NCBI RefSeq assembly: GCF_018350175.1
Contig: NC_058369.1
Span: 27,468,001-27,532,000 of the forward strand
Reading direction: 5' to 3'
Length of the DNA stretch: 64,000 bases
Source: Felis catus
Lineage: Eukaryota
This document shows, piece after piece, positions 12,701 to 25,460 of this stretch (position 1 is the first letter of the stretch; every line of letters starts with the position of its first letter). The notes beneath the pieces were generated by a model that did not search any database, was not told where the DNA came from, and worked only from the letters and a program-made list of their open reading frames with translations. Position numbers and translations under genes: made by a program.

Positions 12701-13643
12701 CAAAAATGAACTATTGAGACCTCATCAAGATTAAAAGCTTCTGCACTGCAAAGGAAACAATCAACAAAACTAAAAGGCAACCGATGGAATGGGAAAAGAT
12801 ATGTGCAAATGACATATTGGACAACGGGCTGGTATCCAAAATCTATGAAGAACTCACCAAACTCCACACCCAAAAAACAAATAATCCAGTGAAGAAATGG
12901 GCAGAAGACATGAATAGACACTTCTCTAAAGAATACATCCCGATGGCCAACAGGCACATGAAAGGATGCTCAACATCACTCCTTATCCGGGAAATACAAA
13001 TCAAAACCACACTCAGATAACACCTCATGCCCGTCAGAGTGGCTAAAATGAACAAATCAGGAGACTATAGATGCTGGCAAGGATGTGGAGAAACGGGAAC
13101 CCTCTTGCACTGCTGGTGAGAATGCACACTGGTGCAGCTGCTCTGGAAAACAGTGTGGAGGTTCCTCAAAAAATTAAAAATAGATCTGACCCAGCAATAG
13201 CACTGCTAGGAATTTACCCAAGAGATAGAGGAGTGCTGATGCATAGGGGCACTTGTACCCCAATGTTTATAGCAGCAGCACTTTCAACAATAGCAAAATT
13301 GTGGAAAGAGCCTAAATGTTCATCAAATGACAAATGGATAAAGAAAGTTGTGGTTTATATATACAATGGGATACTACTTGGCAATGAGAAAGAATGAAAT
13401 CTCGCCTTTTGTAGCAACATGGATGGAACTGGAGAGTGTTATGCTAAGTGAAATAAGTCAGGCAGAGGGGCGCCTGGGTGGCTCAGCCGGTTAAGCATCT
13501 GACTTCGGCTCAGGTCATGATCTCACAGTTTGTGAGTTCAAGCCCCACATCGGGCTCTGTGCTGACAGCTCAGTGCCTGGAGCCTGCTTGGGATTCTGTG
13601 TCTCCCTCTCTCTCTGCCTTTCCCCTACTTGTGCTCGCTCGCG

Positions 13644-13680
<37 letters not shown>

Positions 13681-13776
13681 AAAAATAAACAAAATATGAA
13701 AAAAAGAAAAAAAAAAGAAATACGTCAGGTAGAGAAAGACAGATACCATATGTTTTCACTCATATCTGGATCCTGA
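9734..13776 (+). pseudogene. ORF2: LINE-1 ORF2p (endonuclease/reverse transcriptase), disrupted
   Basis: TLNVNGLN and KKAGVAIL (endonuclease), [25 protein letters not shown] at 11824-11847 (normally FADD), C-terminal EKDRYHMFSL; many frameshifts and stops plus a SINE insertion. Confidence 0.95.
13467..13716 (+). mobile_element. Can-SINE nested in the 3' end of L1 ORF2
   Basis: Full head to A tail; 17-bp TSD GAAATAAGTCAGGCAGA (13450-66) / GAAATACGTCAGGTAGA (13717-33). Confidence 0.97.
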
Positions 13777-14481
13777 TAAACTCAACAGAAGACAGGGGGG
13801 AGGAGAAGAGGGGGAAAAGGTACAGAGAGGGAAGGAGGCAAACCATAAGAGACTCTTAAATACTGAGAATAAACTGAGGGTGGATGGGGGTTGGGGGGGA
13901 GGGGAAAGTGAGTGATGGACATTGAGGAGGGCACCTGTTGGGATGAGCATGGGTGTTGTATGGAAACCAATTTGACAATAAATTTCATATTAAAAATAAA
14001 AAAGCTTAGATATATTGATCTTATATTAAGAGGTCTTGTTAAGTTTAATCACTAATTATAGTTTCTCAGTAGATTCATTTCTGTTTTCTGCATGTATCAA
14101 ACTATCTACAAATAATGACAGTTTTATTCCTTCCTTTATAATCCTTCTATCTTTTGTTTATTGTTCTTGCCTTACTGTACTACCTAGGACCTTGAGTATA
14201 TTGTGAAAAAACAGGGCTCATAGTGAATATTCTCATTTACAATCTCAGATAAATAGTTTACAGTGTTTCATCCTGAAGTACACATTCCCTCTAGTTCTAG
14301 TGTCCTGGAACTTTTGTATTTATTATGTTGGATGTTGAATGTGATTAATATATTTTTCTGCATCTACTGAGATCATCCTTTCACCTAGCTTTTATTAGTC
14401 TGGTGAAAGACAGTGCTTGAGAGTCTAATGTAAAAGCACACTGCATTGGTCATAATGTATTATCCTTTTCATAGATTGTGA

Positions 14482-14487
<6 letters not shown>

Positions 14488-14554
<67 letters not shown>
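14488..14554. repeat. (CT)n(CA)n compound microsatellite
   Basis: Directly visible. Confidence 0.97.
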
Positions 14555-14556
<2 letters not shown>

Positions 14557-14871
14557 ATCTGTCTACCTTTCTGATATATTTTAGGACTTTGGTATCTGTG
14601 TTTCCATGTGCCATTAGTCTGGAGATTTCCTTTATGTTATGTTCTTGTCATGTTCATGTGCAAGGCAATTCCTACAACAAATTGAGAGGCACAAGAATTT
14701 CCTTCTCTTTCATTTTATTTTCTGTCAGAATTTTTCCAACAGTCATACAGATGATAATTTATTCAGATTCTTGTTTCTTAATTGCATAGTAGAATTCAGC
14801 AGTAAAGTTATCTGGGTCTAATGCTGTCATTGTGAGAAGGGTCCTAATTTAGGTTGGACTTCGGTTTAAAA

Positions 14872-15028
14872 ATTTTTTTTTAGTATTTCTTTATTTTTGA
14901 GAGACAGAGACACAGAATCCAAAGCAGGCTCCAGGCTCTGAGCTGTCAGCACAGAGCCTGACACGGGGCTCGAACTCACGAACTGTGAGTGAGATCATGA
15001 CCTGAACTGAAGTTCATGCTCAACTAAC
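14872..15028 (-). mobile_element. Can-SINE, internally deleted and 5'-truncated
   Basis: tttatttttgagagacagagacacagaatcc...aggctctgagctgtcagcacagagcc...gagatcatgacctga. Confidence 0.9.
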
Positions 15029-16387
15029 TTTTTTACTTTGTGTCAGTTTGGGTAAAATGTATTTTTTCTAGAAATTTACATATTGAACCACAATTTTCAA
15101 ATTTATTGGCCTAAAATTATTAGTTATATGCTCTTTTCCTTTTTAATGACTGCAATATTCAGATGTTTAACATATTACTTTCAGCTTTTATTTCCTTCCA
15201 TTAAATGCACAGCAGTCATAATTTAAAGTAAGTTACTCTATAAACACGTTTAGTTGCATCTACCATTTTTCGTTTTCTTCATTTAGTTCAAAATTGTTTC
15301 TAACTTCCATTGATTTCTTTTTCTTTAGCATTCCTTTTGGATGAGTCTGCCAGTGACAAATTCTCTCAGCCTTGTCAGAAAGTGTGTTTATTTCACTTTT
15401 ATTCTAAAAGAACGTGTTAACTGGCTATAGAAATCTAGGTTGATGCTTATTTTCTTTCAGCTCTTTAAAGATGTGATTCCATGGTCTTGTCATTTTCTTT
15501 TTTGCTCTTGTTGCCTTTGGTCTCTTCCTTTATTACTCCTTTGAATGTAAGGTTTTCCTACCCTACCCCCACTATTAAACCTGACAACTCTTTGTCCTTC
15601 TGCAGTTTTATCATGATAAGCTTAGGTGGGGATGCCAAACCCCCTGCTCGGGGTATGGTGTGTTCTTGAGTTTTGGATTGGTGGCTTTTGCCAGTTTTGA
15701 AAAATTCACAGCTATTATCTCTTTAATTATAGCTTCCACTGGAAGTTTTGGAATGGTGAATATATATCTATGAGGCTTTCTCATTATATTTTATGTCTTC
15801 TGACCTCTCTTATCCTTTTTCCCACTCTTCCTTCATCTCTTACTGGTTCATGCTGAATATTTTCATATGGCTCATCTTTAAGAATTTAGTAACTTTCCTT
15901 TCCCTGTTAAATTCATTCCTGGGGTTATTGTATTTTTGTGTTCTAGAATTTCTATTTGGTTCTTTTTCACATCATCTCATTTTCTTATAGATCCCAGCTC
16001 TCAGGAAAGGTTTTTAAAAATCTTTCCTTTCTAGTAACAAGTTAAACATAGTTATTTTAATGACTACTTCTGATCATTCCGATTTTAGGTATCCTATGAT
16101 TCTAATCTCATTTGTATTGACTCGTCTCCAAATATGCTATGGGGTATGTGTGTGCACATTCATGTGTTGGGCATTTGAAGAAAATAATTTGTAGGCATGA
16201 TTTAAAATCTTGGATGATATTATTTTCTTCCAGGGATTATTTTTCTTTGCTTCTGCCAGGAACCTAATAAGACTAGCAAGTTGGGATCTCACATTTCCAA
16301 GACTGAAACTTTCTTGATTGCCCAGATAATTTGAAATTGTGCTGCCACTGGTAGCAGGGCTGGCTTACATCTGGGTCACTCTTTTTT

Positions 16388-16616
16388 TTTTTTTAATTAT
16401 TTATTAAAAAAATTTTTTTTAATGTTTATTATTTGAGAAAGAGACAGAGAGCAAGCAGGAGAGGGGCAGAAAGAGAGGGAGACACAGAATTGGAAGCAGG
16501 CTCCAGGCCCTGAGCTTCCAGCACAGAGTCCAAAGTGGGGCTCGAACACAAAGACCATGAGATCATGACCTGGGCCAAAGTTAGCCACCTAAATGACTGA
16601 GCCACCCAGGCGCCCC
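16388..16616 (-). mobile_element. Can-SINE
   Basis: Ends gagccacccaggcgcccc; TSD TGGGTCACTCTTTTTT at 16372-87 and 16617-32. Confidence 0.97.
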
Positions 16617-18173
16617 TGGGTCACTCTTTTTTGAACGGTATCACCTTCTCAGGTGATTTTTGCATGCCCACCCAGGTATGGAGATTTAGAAAGTGCTCTA
16701 CTATTGGAAACCTAGGTTTTATTGTTTTAGCCCCATCTGCCTCTCCAAGACACAAATACCCTCAGCAGAAAAGCAGCCCCAAATGCTAGGCTCCTCTCTG
16801 GATTTCTAGCTGCTCTTGGATCTTGACCTTTTTATATTCCCTTGCTGCTTTGTTACCTTTTAGCAGATGTTTGTGTATATTCCATACAATTTTTTCCTAG
16901 TTGAACACTGTGGGATATTTAATTCAAATTATTTTGTATGGTAGGAATAAAAGCAGAAGTCATACCTTTTCTTTTCTCTTTTGGTGGTCTGAAAATATCC
17001 TGCCCTACAGGTTGTATTCTTTAATTACTGTTTAAACTAATTTATCATTACCTGAACATTTCCATAATTTATCATCTTTAAAGTATAATTGAAATCACAG
17101 GGAAAATAATGAATCTACATATTGGCACAAGTAATGGATACTCATAGTCTCCACTGCTCACCATTTGTGATAAATTGGAGGTAGCGGAACATACTGAAAT
17201 GTCTCTTGTATCATCAGAGAATTATTAAATTTAGAATGAGCACAGTTTAGAGCTGTTTTTGCTAGTGTATTTCCTAGACATTACTTTGCATTATTCTAAG
17301 AAAAACCTTAGGATATAATTAAGGTGCTTTCCACAATAGTAATTCGGATACAGGAAAAGTAAGGCACAATAGAATGATGTGTCCAAGTCTACAGAATAAG
17401 TTTAGTGACTATGTTCCTAGGGAGTGAGCTTAAATTATTTAAGACATTTCCATTGACAGTAAAAAACAACATGGCAGACAATCCATACATTATTCTTAGG
17501 AAACTGAAAGTTGTCTTTTTATACTTTGATTTGGTGGTGAACATGTCTAGTGCTTAGGACAAGTGACTTAAAAAATATATATATATTATTTTTTTGTAGG
17601 GGGGCTGAGACATAATTTTCACCTTACCAGTCTTTTCTTTTCAAAGCACATTTTAGAAAGTTCTGTGTAAAGCTCCAGACAAGCATTTTCTTTAGAGGGG
17701 GAGGCATTATCTGCCACCTGACTTTCTCTTGATTCCAGATTATTTATGGGAGGCTCTAGTAGGGGAAACAAGATTTGCCTAGTGACAGGGTTGCAAAATG
17801 GTAATAGGTCAGTGCATTGGGGTCTGGGAAGGGCATGGCATGGATGGCAGGTATCTATCCCCTAAATGATCTGGCCCCAAGAAAGTGTAGGAGAGCTCCC
17901 AATATGGCTTCCATAGCACTGTCTTTCCTTATTTACCATTAAATGAGGGAAGAGGAAAAAGAAGGGGCACATTACAGAGAATTGGGCTGAGGGTCTAATT
18001 TTACCAACACTATTGAGACAAGTGGGCCTAATGGGATATTTTAATTCTGTAAATGTTGTTTCCTTAGCTCCTCTCCTTTCTTCCTTCCATTGTTTTTGGA
18101 TTTTACTTTAATAAAGAAGATATAGTCTCCATTGCTCATCACTTAGGATAAGTTAGAAGGAATAAACCATACT

Positions 18174-18392
18174 GGGGCACCTGGGTGGCTCAGTCAGTTA
18201 AGCATCCGACTTCCTCCCAGATCATGATCTCGTGGCTCACAAGTTCGAGCCCCATGTTGGGCTCTGTGCTGACAGCTCTGAGCCTGGAGCCTCCTTCTTG
18301 GATTCTGTGTCTCCCTCTTTCTCTGCCCTTCCCCTGTTTGTTCTCTGTCTCTGTCGCTCTCAAAAATAAATGAAACATTAAAAAAATAAAAA
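18174..18392 (+). mobile_element. Can-SINE
   Basis: ggggcacctgggtggctcagtcagttaagc...caaaaataaatgaaacattaaaa; ATACT repeated at both junctions. Confidence 0.95.
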
Positions 18393-21047
18393 AGAAAATA
18401 CTGCAGTGTCTTTTGGAAAACTGTTAACACCAAAAGGAGCACAATTTAGAACTGCCTTTTCTAGTGTGCCCTCATTGGTTGAGCACTTAACTTGATAGAT
18501 GCCTGGAATGTCAAAATAATGGAGGACTTATTATGTAAGAGGTGGCTTAGGGACATGTTAGGGAAAGAATGGAATGAACTGTATAAACATTAGTTATGAC
18601 AAAATGATAGGTTGAAGATTACTAATATGAATGTTTAGAGCCTTCCTTCATATTAACCTCCCACAACCTCTAGGAGATTCTTTTTCTACCCTCCTCCTTT
18701 CTGGCAGAGACAAAGACAAAATGAGAAAAATGAAAAGAGAACACCACATAGAGTAAAGAGAATCAAGCATTGAAAGGAAAAAGAAAAAAAAAAACAAGTC
18801 TTGGGAGTCGGTAAAATTTTTTGGAAAGTTTTTGCAAGAGTATGCATATTGATGTGTGATACATTATCCATTTCTGGAGATGTGGATCCTGGGGATGGTG
18901 ATGATGATGGGCTTTGTTCTATTATCATTTTCCAAGATGCCACTAAAGCAAAGTTATTATTGGCATTTGGATTACACTTTTCTGAAAAGAACTCTGTGCT
19001 GAGGATTCATGTCATTCAAGGATTCATGAGAGTTAACAATTAACCATGAGACATGAGTCATTTTTACTATCACTTGAACTAAATCTCAGTGGAAGAGTTC
19101 TGTAGATACTTTAGTCATCAATGGCCTATAGAAATATTTTGCCTGAACTATTGGCCACATGTAAGAGACAGCTGGATCTTGGTAAATATTACAAAAATAA
19201 TCTAAAGCTAAAACCCATTTTGAAGCCATGGGGTATAGACTGTCTCAGAATTTGTATAAAGGGAAGTTTTTCAAGTATAACTAGATGGTCATCTTTTTGG
19301 GCTGTGGCAAAATAAACCACTTAATAGGACATCAGGTTTGATTATTTCTAAAATTGCTATAAATCTATGGTTTCTCATTCACTATTTTGACCATAGTGAC
19401 TTGATTTATATTTAATCCAAAACATAGAGTCTTTAATTCCTTACTACTGAAATCTGGTTCTATAAAGGTAGTCTTCACAGAATAAGAGGAGAGGCAGCAC
19501 AATCCTCTAGAAACATGAAGTGCAGAAGAAGAAAAACCAAACTAAAATCTCTTTTCCAGCTGTGTTTAAAATGATGACTTTTTTTATAAAGAGCTTTGAA
19601 TATACTAAAGTGTCATTAGCCTTAAAGAATCTTCTCTTGTACTTCCATGGTAAAGAAAAATTTTGATTGTATTAATTTGGCAATGAGTGTTGGTAAACAC
19701 ATTCATCGGTCCTAATCATACCTCCACATGGGGATTGCCTGGTAGGTTTAGGATTGAACTGCCAAGGAGCTGACATTAAAACCCTCCTCTCTCCTGAGAA
19801 AACATGAGAATACTATGATCGACTTTCTGGCCTTTCTCATCAGAGGCTGCTAGGCTGAGAGCAGACCCTCTCTGAGAAGGATGAGAATTTGTCCAAACTG
19901 GTGGGGTATGTTTTAAAAGGCACGATTCAGTGACCAGAACAGGTGCTAAATAAGCAAACCTGTCCTTTCTCGTCTACCTCGACTGTCCATGATTATGATA
20001 TAAGTGTGGTCCAGTGGCTGGAATTATGGTGATTTTTCAAAAATGCCAGTGTCAAAATTTTGCCTCGACAGTATATCTGTAACTACTAATAATGCTGTTT
20101 TGGGCTGACTCAGTTGCTTTGAAATTGCATGGCTCTGTTATGAGTAATGAGAGGCAACCAATTATCTATAAAATAACGGCATGCACAGAGGAGAGTTTGA
20201 TGAATTACAAATGAACTCTGCTGACACAACAGGGTGTGGAAACCTTCTCTGCTCTTCCTATCAGAGTTAGGGGTGATGCTTGCAGACTTTACAAGCAACT
20301 AGCCCACTCAGTTCTAACATGGGGTGGGAGCCTTCCCTCACTAGGACACATGGCATTGCTTTACAATTAAGTAGGAAGCTCAACACGGGTGTATAAAGGC
20401 AGCACACCCAGGTATGAAACACCTATGTAAAGAATTATTATGTTCCAGGAAAGATGCAGTTAGATAAGGGATATGCATGCACTGTAATCTGATGTGATTC
20501 AGAACACAGACCAAAAGAGCCATCACAAAGCCCCATCTCGGAACTCAGCCCAGTATGTGGGGAGCCACTGCACAAATTCACCTAAGCAGAAGGCAGATGT
20601 TGAATTCCTAGAACCAAGGGATTCCCACCCTCATCAGGGATCTGTCAGGTGGAGGAGCTTCATTCAGCAACACTTGGGCTGTTGTCTCTGCCGTGCCTGA
20701 TGAAGGCAATGTCTGTTTTTCACTATTGCTTAAGAAATTGCAATTTAAAGTCATTTTCTGCTAGGAAAAGGATACAGAGAGTAGTCAAAACACCAAAACA
20801 TCCTGCAGGATTACATGGGAAGATCAAGAGAATTCTATACATCTAAGCGAATGTTGATGCCCTGATGGCTTCAAGAGGCTGAGTAAAGAGTTCATAGTTT
20901 GAGGATGTTTATCTCTGTGGTCCTATGGCAGTCTTGTCATGCTTGGGGATTAATGGGGGTTTATACGTAAAGAAGATACAAAACAGGGGTTTCTACTTAC
21001 TGAGAGGTTGCTAGTATTTCCACACCAAACATTCAGGAGAGAGTAGG

Positions 21048-21095
21048 TTTTTTGTTTTTTGTTGTTGTTGTTGTTGTTGTTTTGTTTTGTTTTTG
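21048..21095. repeat. (TTG)n/(TTTTG)n simple repeat
   Basis: Directly visible. Confidence 0.9.
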
Positions 21096-21629
21096 TCTAT
21101 TATAGTCCCTTCCCCATATTGGGCATCTCTGGGTACAGGTTTGCACACCGGTTTTTAAGATAGACTAATGGCAAACACAGTGTGGAGGCCAAGCCCTAGG
21201 AGTTGGTCTCCCAGGAGAAGCAGTGATTTCAGATAGATCCCATCAGCCTAGAGACTAAGCATGCCTGTCAGGAGCAGTAGGGCATGATGTGGGGCTTGCT
21301 GCCCAGTGTCCTCCAGCCAAGTACAAGAGACTGGGCTCTTATCCCTAGAGTGAATCAGGTAAATAATGAGTAAACAATACCCTGGTACAGAGAGAGAGAG
21401 AGAAAGAGAGAGAGGCATGATGACATAGGAATGAGAGAGATTTGGGAAACACTGTATTTGCCCAAGGTCATATTACTTAGGTACTTGGTCACATGGTGGA
21501 GTGAAGAGGACAGGTGCCTAGATAAGAATTAGTTCAGTCTGGAAAAACTTGCAAGCAAGGAGAGTTGGAATGCAGGGGCTGTGTTGGCTGGGAAAGTGAG
21601 CTCTTTTAGCAAGATAGGCAGTCCAGAGA

Positions 21630-21785
21630 CTAAGAGAATGGTCTTTGGGGTTTGAGTGTCTGGGTTCTATCTCAACTCTGTCACTTGGAACTATTTACCT
21701 TGTAATAACACTTAACATCATTGAGATTCAGTTTTCTTATTTTCTGCAAGATGGGATAATAGAACCTGTATCTTAGAAACTTGGA
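21630..21785 (+). mobile_element. MIR
   Basis: ctgggttctatctcaactctgtcactt...cacttaac...cagttttc...gatgggataatag. Confidence 0.7.
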
Positions 21786-21944
21786 AATGTTGGCTACTAT
21801 TATCCTTTCCAGGGCTGAACCCTAGCCTACCCGCCTTTGTGCGTGTTGTGAATTGTGCAGTCTTCCCAGGTAAGCAACATGAGTGTCTTCATACTGGCTC
21901 TGCCTAAGACCGACTTGCTGCTGAGGGTGTAATGAGGTCAAGCT

Positions 21945-22100
21945 TATCTGAATTTCACATAAACAATGAATAATTTTTTTAGGTCTAGGTATATTCAAAT
22001 ATTGCATGACAGCCCTATTTATTAATGAAATTTCAGAAGTTCTATGAATCCCTTAACATTACATAAACATTTGGTATGCAGATGCATTTTGAAAAGGAAG
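21945..22100 (+). mobile_element. MER53-like fragment joined to MER103-like fragment (copy 1)
   Basis: gaatttcacataaacaatgaataatttttt...aaatattgcatg (MER53-like), then ttcagaagttctatgaatccc...atgcatttt. Confidence 0.55.
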
Positions 22101-23437
22101 GAGAGTGGGTATCAAACCTTTGCCTCTAAGGGGAAATATATATTATCCCTTTATATTGCAGGAGATGATGGTGCTCTTGGTGAAATCTTAGGACCCTATG
22201 CTTAAGTCCCTAGCCTCCAAGTTACTAGTTGAGCTATTTGGCAACCCACATCATCATCGCTCCTTTTCTCTGTTCCTACCTCTGATGGCTGAGAAAACTG
22301 AAGGTTATTTGTTTGGTCTGTAACCAAAGGCCTTTAAAGAGAGATATTAATGCTAATTAATTTAAAAAAACCCACAGGCATTGTGGCAATAGTTTGTACA
22401 GCAAGCTGGGATGAATGTCTTTCTGGCAAGACTTCCAAGGCAAGTTGATTCACCCAGAAGACAGGAGATGTTAGGCCTCAAGGCATGACAGAAGCAAAAA
22501 CTGGTGAAGCAAAGCATACAGGAAACTTGGGTAGTAAGTTTAAATCCTCTTAAAATGTCTAGAAAATGCATTCTAACACAGAGTCCTACAATTCAGCAAG
22601 CCTCAGGAAAAGTCTAGAGCTTTCTTGCCTTGATCTGGAAGTCCCTATTACATAAGAAACTGGAAGAAAAAAAGAAAAGATCAGCTTAGTAAGTTGAGTC
22701 TGAAGAACAGCAACCCCATTTGAATGGGACATCCCACAATGACACACTGGCTTTCAGAAGAGGAACAGAAGGAGATCTGCAGCCATGCCTGTGGGTCTGT
22801 GTTCTTAGGTAGACTGGCTTGATCCAGAGGAAGGAAGGAAGGAAGAAGGAAGAAATGAGAAGGTGAACAGTAGAAAAGTTTAGAAATAAATGATCAAAGA
22901 CAGCTTTTGCTAGCACTACATTATATCCCTTCAGGCAATTGAATGGAATGCCGCTGACAAGCCAGTGACATTCTCCAGTTTCATTCTCCAATGAAATAAG
23001 TGTTCTAGAATGCAAGTGCCTGAGCACTAGGACATGCATGAACAATAATGGGGGAGACCTAGTTGATACTTGGTCTTCAAGTAACTGGAATACTTTAAAA
23101 AGGAGGCAGAGGAAAGAATGCCCAAGAAATGCACAAATACTAAAAACTAACTATAAAAGACTCCTATTTCAAAGGGAAAATGGAATACAATGAACATGTT
23201 TTCTACCTAAAAATCATGACCACTAAGCAGTAGATATAATTTTATATAATTCTGTTGCTACCAGTATTCACTAATTGTGTTTTTAATTTGTGTTTGATCT
23301 ACTTCAACAGCTTATAGTATAAACACAAGACCAGATGAAGCAGACAATTCCCAAAAGGAAAAAAAAAACTATTTAGGAGAGAGACACTTTATCTGAGGAC
23401 CATGGAAGGAGTTTTGTTTGTTTTGTTTTGTTTTTAA

Positions 23438-23650
23438 CAGGGTTGACAGATAAAATATAGGTGGTATTTTTTAGTCTAGGGATGCCCCAATATTTCATGG
23501 CAACCCCATTTATTAGTACATTTCAGAAGATCCATAAGCTCCTGGATATTCTATAAATATTTGGTGCAGATATGCATTTTAAAAAAGGAAACTGGCTACA
23601 GCTTTCCACCAGAATCTTAAATCTGTCATCTCTCAACAGTTCAACATCAT
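23438..23650 (+). mobile_element. Internally deleted MER53-like element joined to MER103-like fragment (copy 2)
   Basis: cagggttgacagataaaata...ggcaacccc inverted termini, then ttcagaagatccataag...atgcatttt...cagctttccaccagaatctt. Confidence 0.6.
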
Positions 23651-25259
23651 TAATGCAAAGAGATGATTCTATCACGTCTGCCCTTTCCCTGTGGCCTTGA
23701 GCTTCCCAGCAGCCAAAACTAAAGGGAATTTACAAAAGCAATTTACCAAATAGCAGCTGAAGAGAAGAGGCCCAAGCGGAAGAAAGACTGATCTGGTCAG
23801 AAGATAGTGAGTCAGCTGGCTCACAAGCCCCTTCCAGCCTATGTAGAAATCTGAGACTAGAGCTCTCAGTGGGTATTAACTTTTTAAAGGATCAGGTATG
23901 CATTACAAAAGATCTTGGGCTGCCTGGCAGGATTGAACTTGAGAAGGGCAAGATGGTGACCCAGGTGGGCTAGGGGAAGGTGGCTGGAAGGAAGTGAGCT
24001 GATAGTTATGTAGAAGGTGACATGGAGGCAGGGAGGAAGAGGAAACTCAGAGGTAGGAATCCCTGCCTCAAGGGTCAGGGTTTTTTCCGCTCAGGCTTTT
24101 ATATCTTTTGAATTCCTCTGTACCTATTTTTATGTGTCCCCATCCTGGGTAGGGAGTCTCCTTCCAAGGCCCCATGGAAGCTGTGAGTGATGATGAAGGC
24201 ACAGTCTTTACCTGCAAAGTCACTGAAAGTAGACCCTTAGTGCTGCAGCTTCTGATGCCATTTCCTCCTCAGATCTCCACAAGGTTGGGGAGTCCTCTTC
24301 CTCTTTGTCATGTTTCTGGAGCTTTGGAGAAAACAATGGAATAGGCTTATTAATAATGGGTCCTTGGGATCTCTGAACAAGTGTTGTGCGGATGGCTAAA
24401 CAGAATTTGCAAATCAGAGGCTGAAAGGTGTATGTCCTTTAATTGTATTGGTTGCCAAAATTTGAAAATGGGGAGGTGTCATGTAAGTGTCCACATTTCC
24501 AGCTTTGGTGATAACCAGATCAGGCTATGCTGTGGCCTGTTCGATGCCTTGTCTTGTCTGCTGGAGGCTCTAAGTGGGAGGTCACAGACTGGGGAGCTTC
24601 CTCCCATTTACAGTAATCCCCAGTACTCTCTGATCTTATGCTTGGCTGGCATCATTCATGTATTTTACTCACCATTCAATGAAGAAACTGTTTTACACCT
24701 ACCCATGATCATTCTCCTAAAGTGGCCTATGGTTTCCCTACTATTCTCTTTGGCTTAGTCTCTCTTATATGAGCTCGGAGCAGTTTTGTTCAGTGAAGCA
24801 AAATAGCCCAAGCAAATCTGTGATAACAGTACAAGAGCCATGAGTACTAAGTAAGAAATAAGAGCATATCCATTAAAAGAGGCTTTAGTAGGCAAACAGT
24901 TAAAAAAAATTAGAAAACATCAAGAAATTAACAATTGATCTAAGTCAATTAAATCATTTAAAAATCCTCTTCAAATACCCATATTTATTTTTAAAAACAT
25001 CTTATATATGTCTCAGATTTGCATATAGAGTAAATAAAATTTCCATTCTACCAGAGAGAGGATGTTCTCAGAGCTCTTCATTAGAAGAGCTCAATTTTCC
25101 CCCTTAATCTCCTATTGCAGTTCAGTTTTATTAACTAAATTTGTTATTCCTGTGTGTGGCTTTATCCATTGTAAAATGCTGAAGGTATAAATTCACAGGA
25201 TGTGCAGTGTAGTATTTTGTAAGTCGTTTGAAGAGATTGAGGTAAATGTTTTAACAGTA

Positions 25260-25460
25260 CCAATGATGGCCAGTATTTATGATATGAACCGGTAGTTTCT
25301 TTGATGTGTATTATTTCATCCTGCACCATTTCATTTAATCTGTACCATAATCCCTACACAAGGTAGGCACCGCTTAGCTCCATCTTTACCAAGGAAGAAA
25401 TTGAGCTCTGAGGAAGTTCATTTGCTTGTCAAAGATCAGCCAGCTAGGCAGTGGCTGAGT
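25260..25460 (-). mobile_element. MIR
   Basis: tttcatttaatc...aggtagg...gaagaaattgagctctgaggaagtt...cttgtcaaagatca. Confidence 0.7.

Larger units (their letters stand above)
8543..13999 (+). mobile_element. Feline/carnivore LINE-1, 5'-complete but degenerate
   Basis: 5' end ggccaacatggcagagaagtagggg; ORF1, 68-bp spacer, ORF2, G-rich 3'UTR, AATAAA and A tail; TSD AAAAGTTTAGA (8532-8542) / AAAAGCTTAGA (14000-14010). Confidence 0.95.
14011..16930 (-). mobile_element. Continuation of ancient L1M (ORF2 part, then ORF1-like region)
   Basis: atctacaaataatgacagtttt and ttttctgcatctactgagatcatc (ORF2-type); gacaaattctctcagc...ctggctatagaaatctaggttg near 15350-15470 resembles the antisense ORF1 C-terminus; right boundary uncertain. 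Confidence 0.65.

Noticed and set aside
8959..13055. Minus-strand hydrophobic ORFs over the L1
   Set aside because: Routine antisense shadows of A-rich L1 ORFs.
19833..19887. Imperfect hairpin (TTCTCATC...GATGAGAA)
   Set aside because: Large asymmetric bulges; not pre-miRNA quality and no known miRNA recognised.
25071..25092. 9-bp stem-loop GAGCTCTTC-ATTA-GAAGAGCTC (similar 8-bp stem at 25605-25623)
   Set aside because: Within chance expectation for 64 kb.
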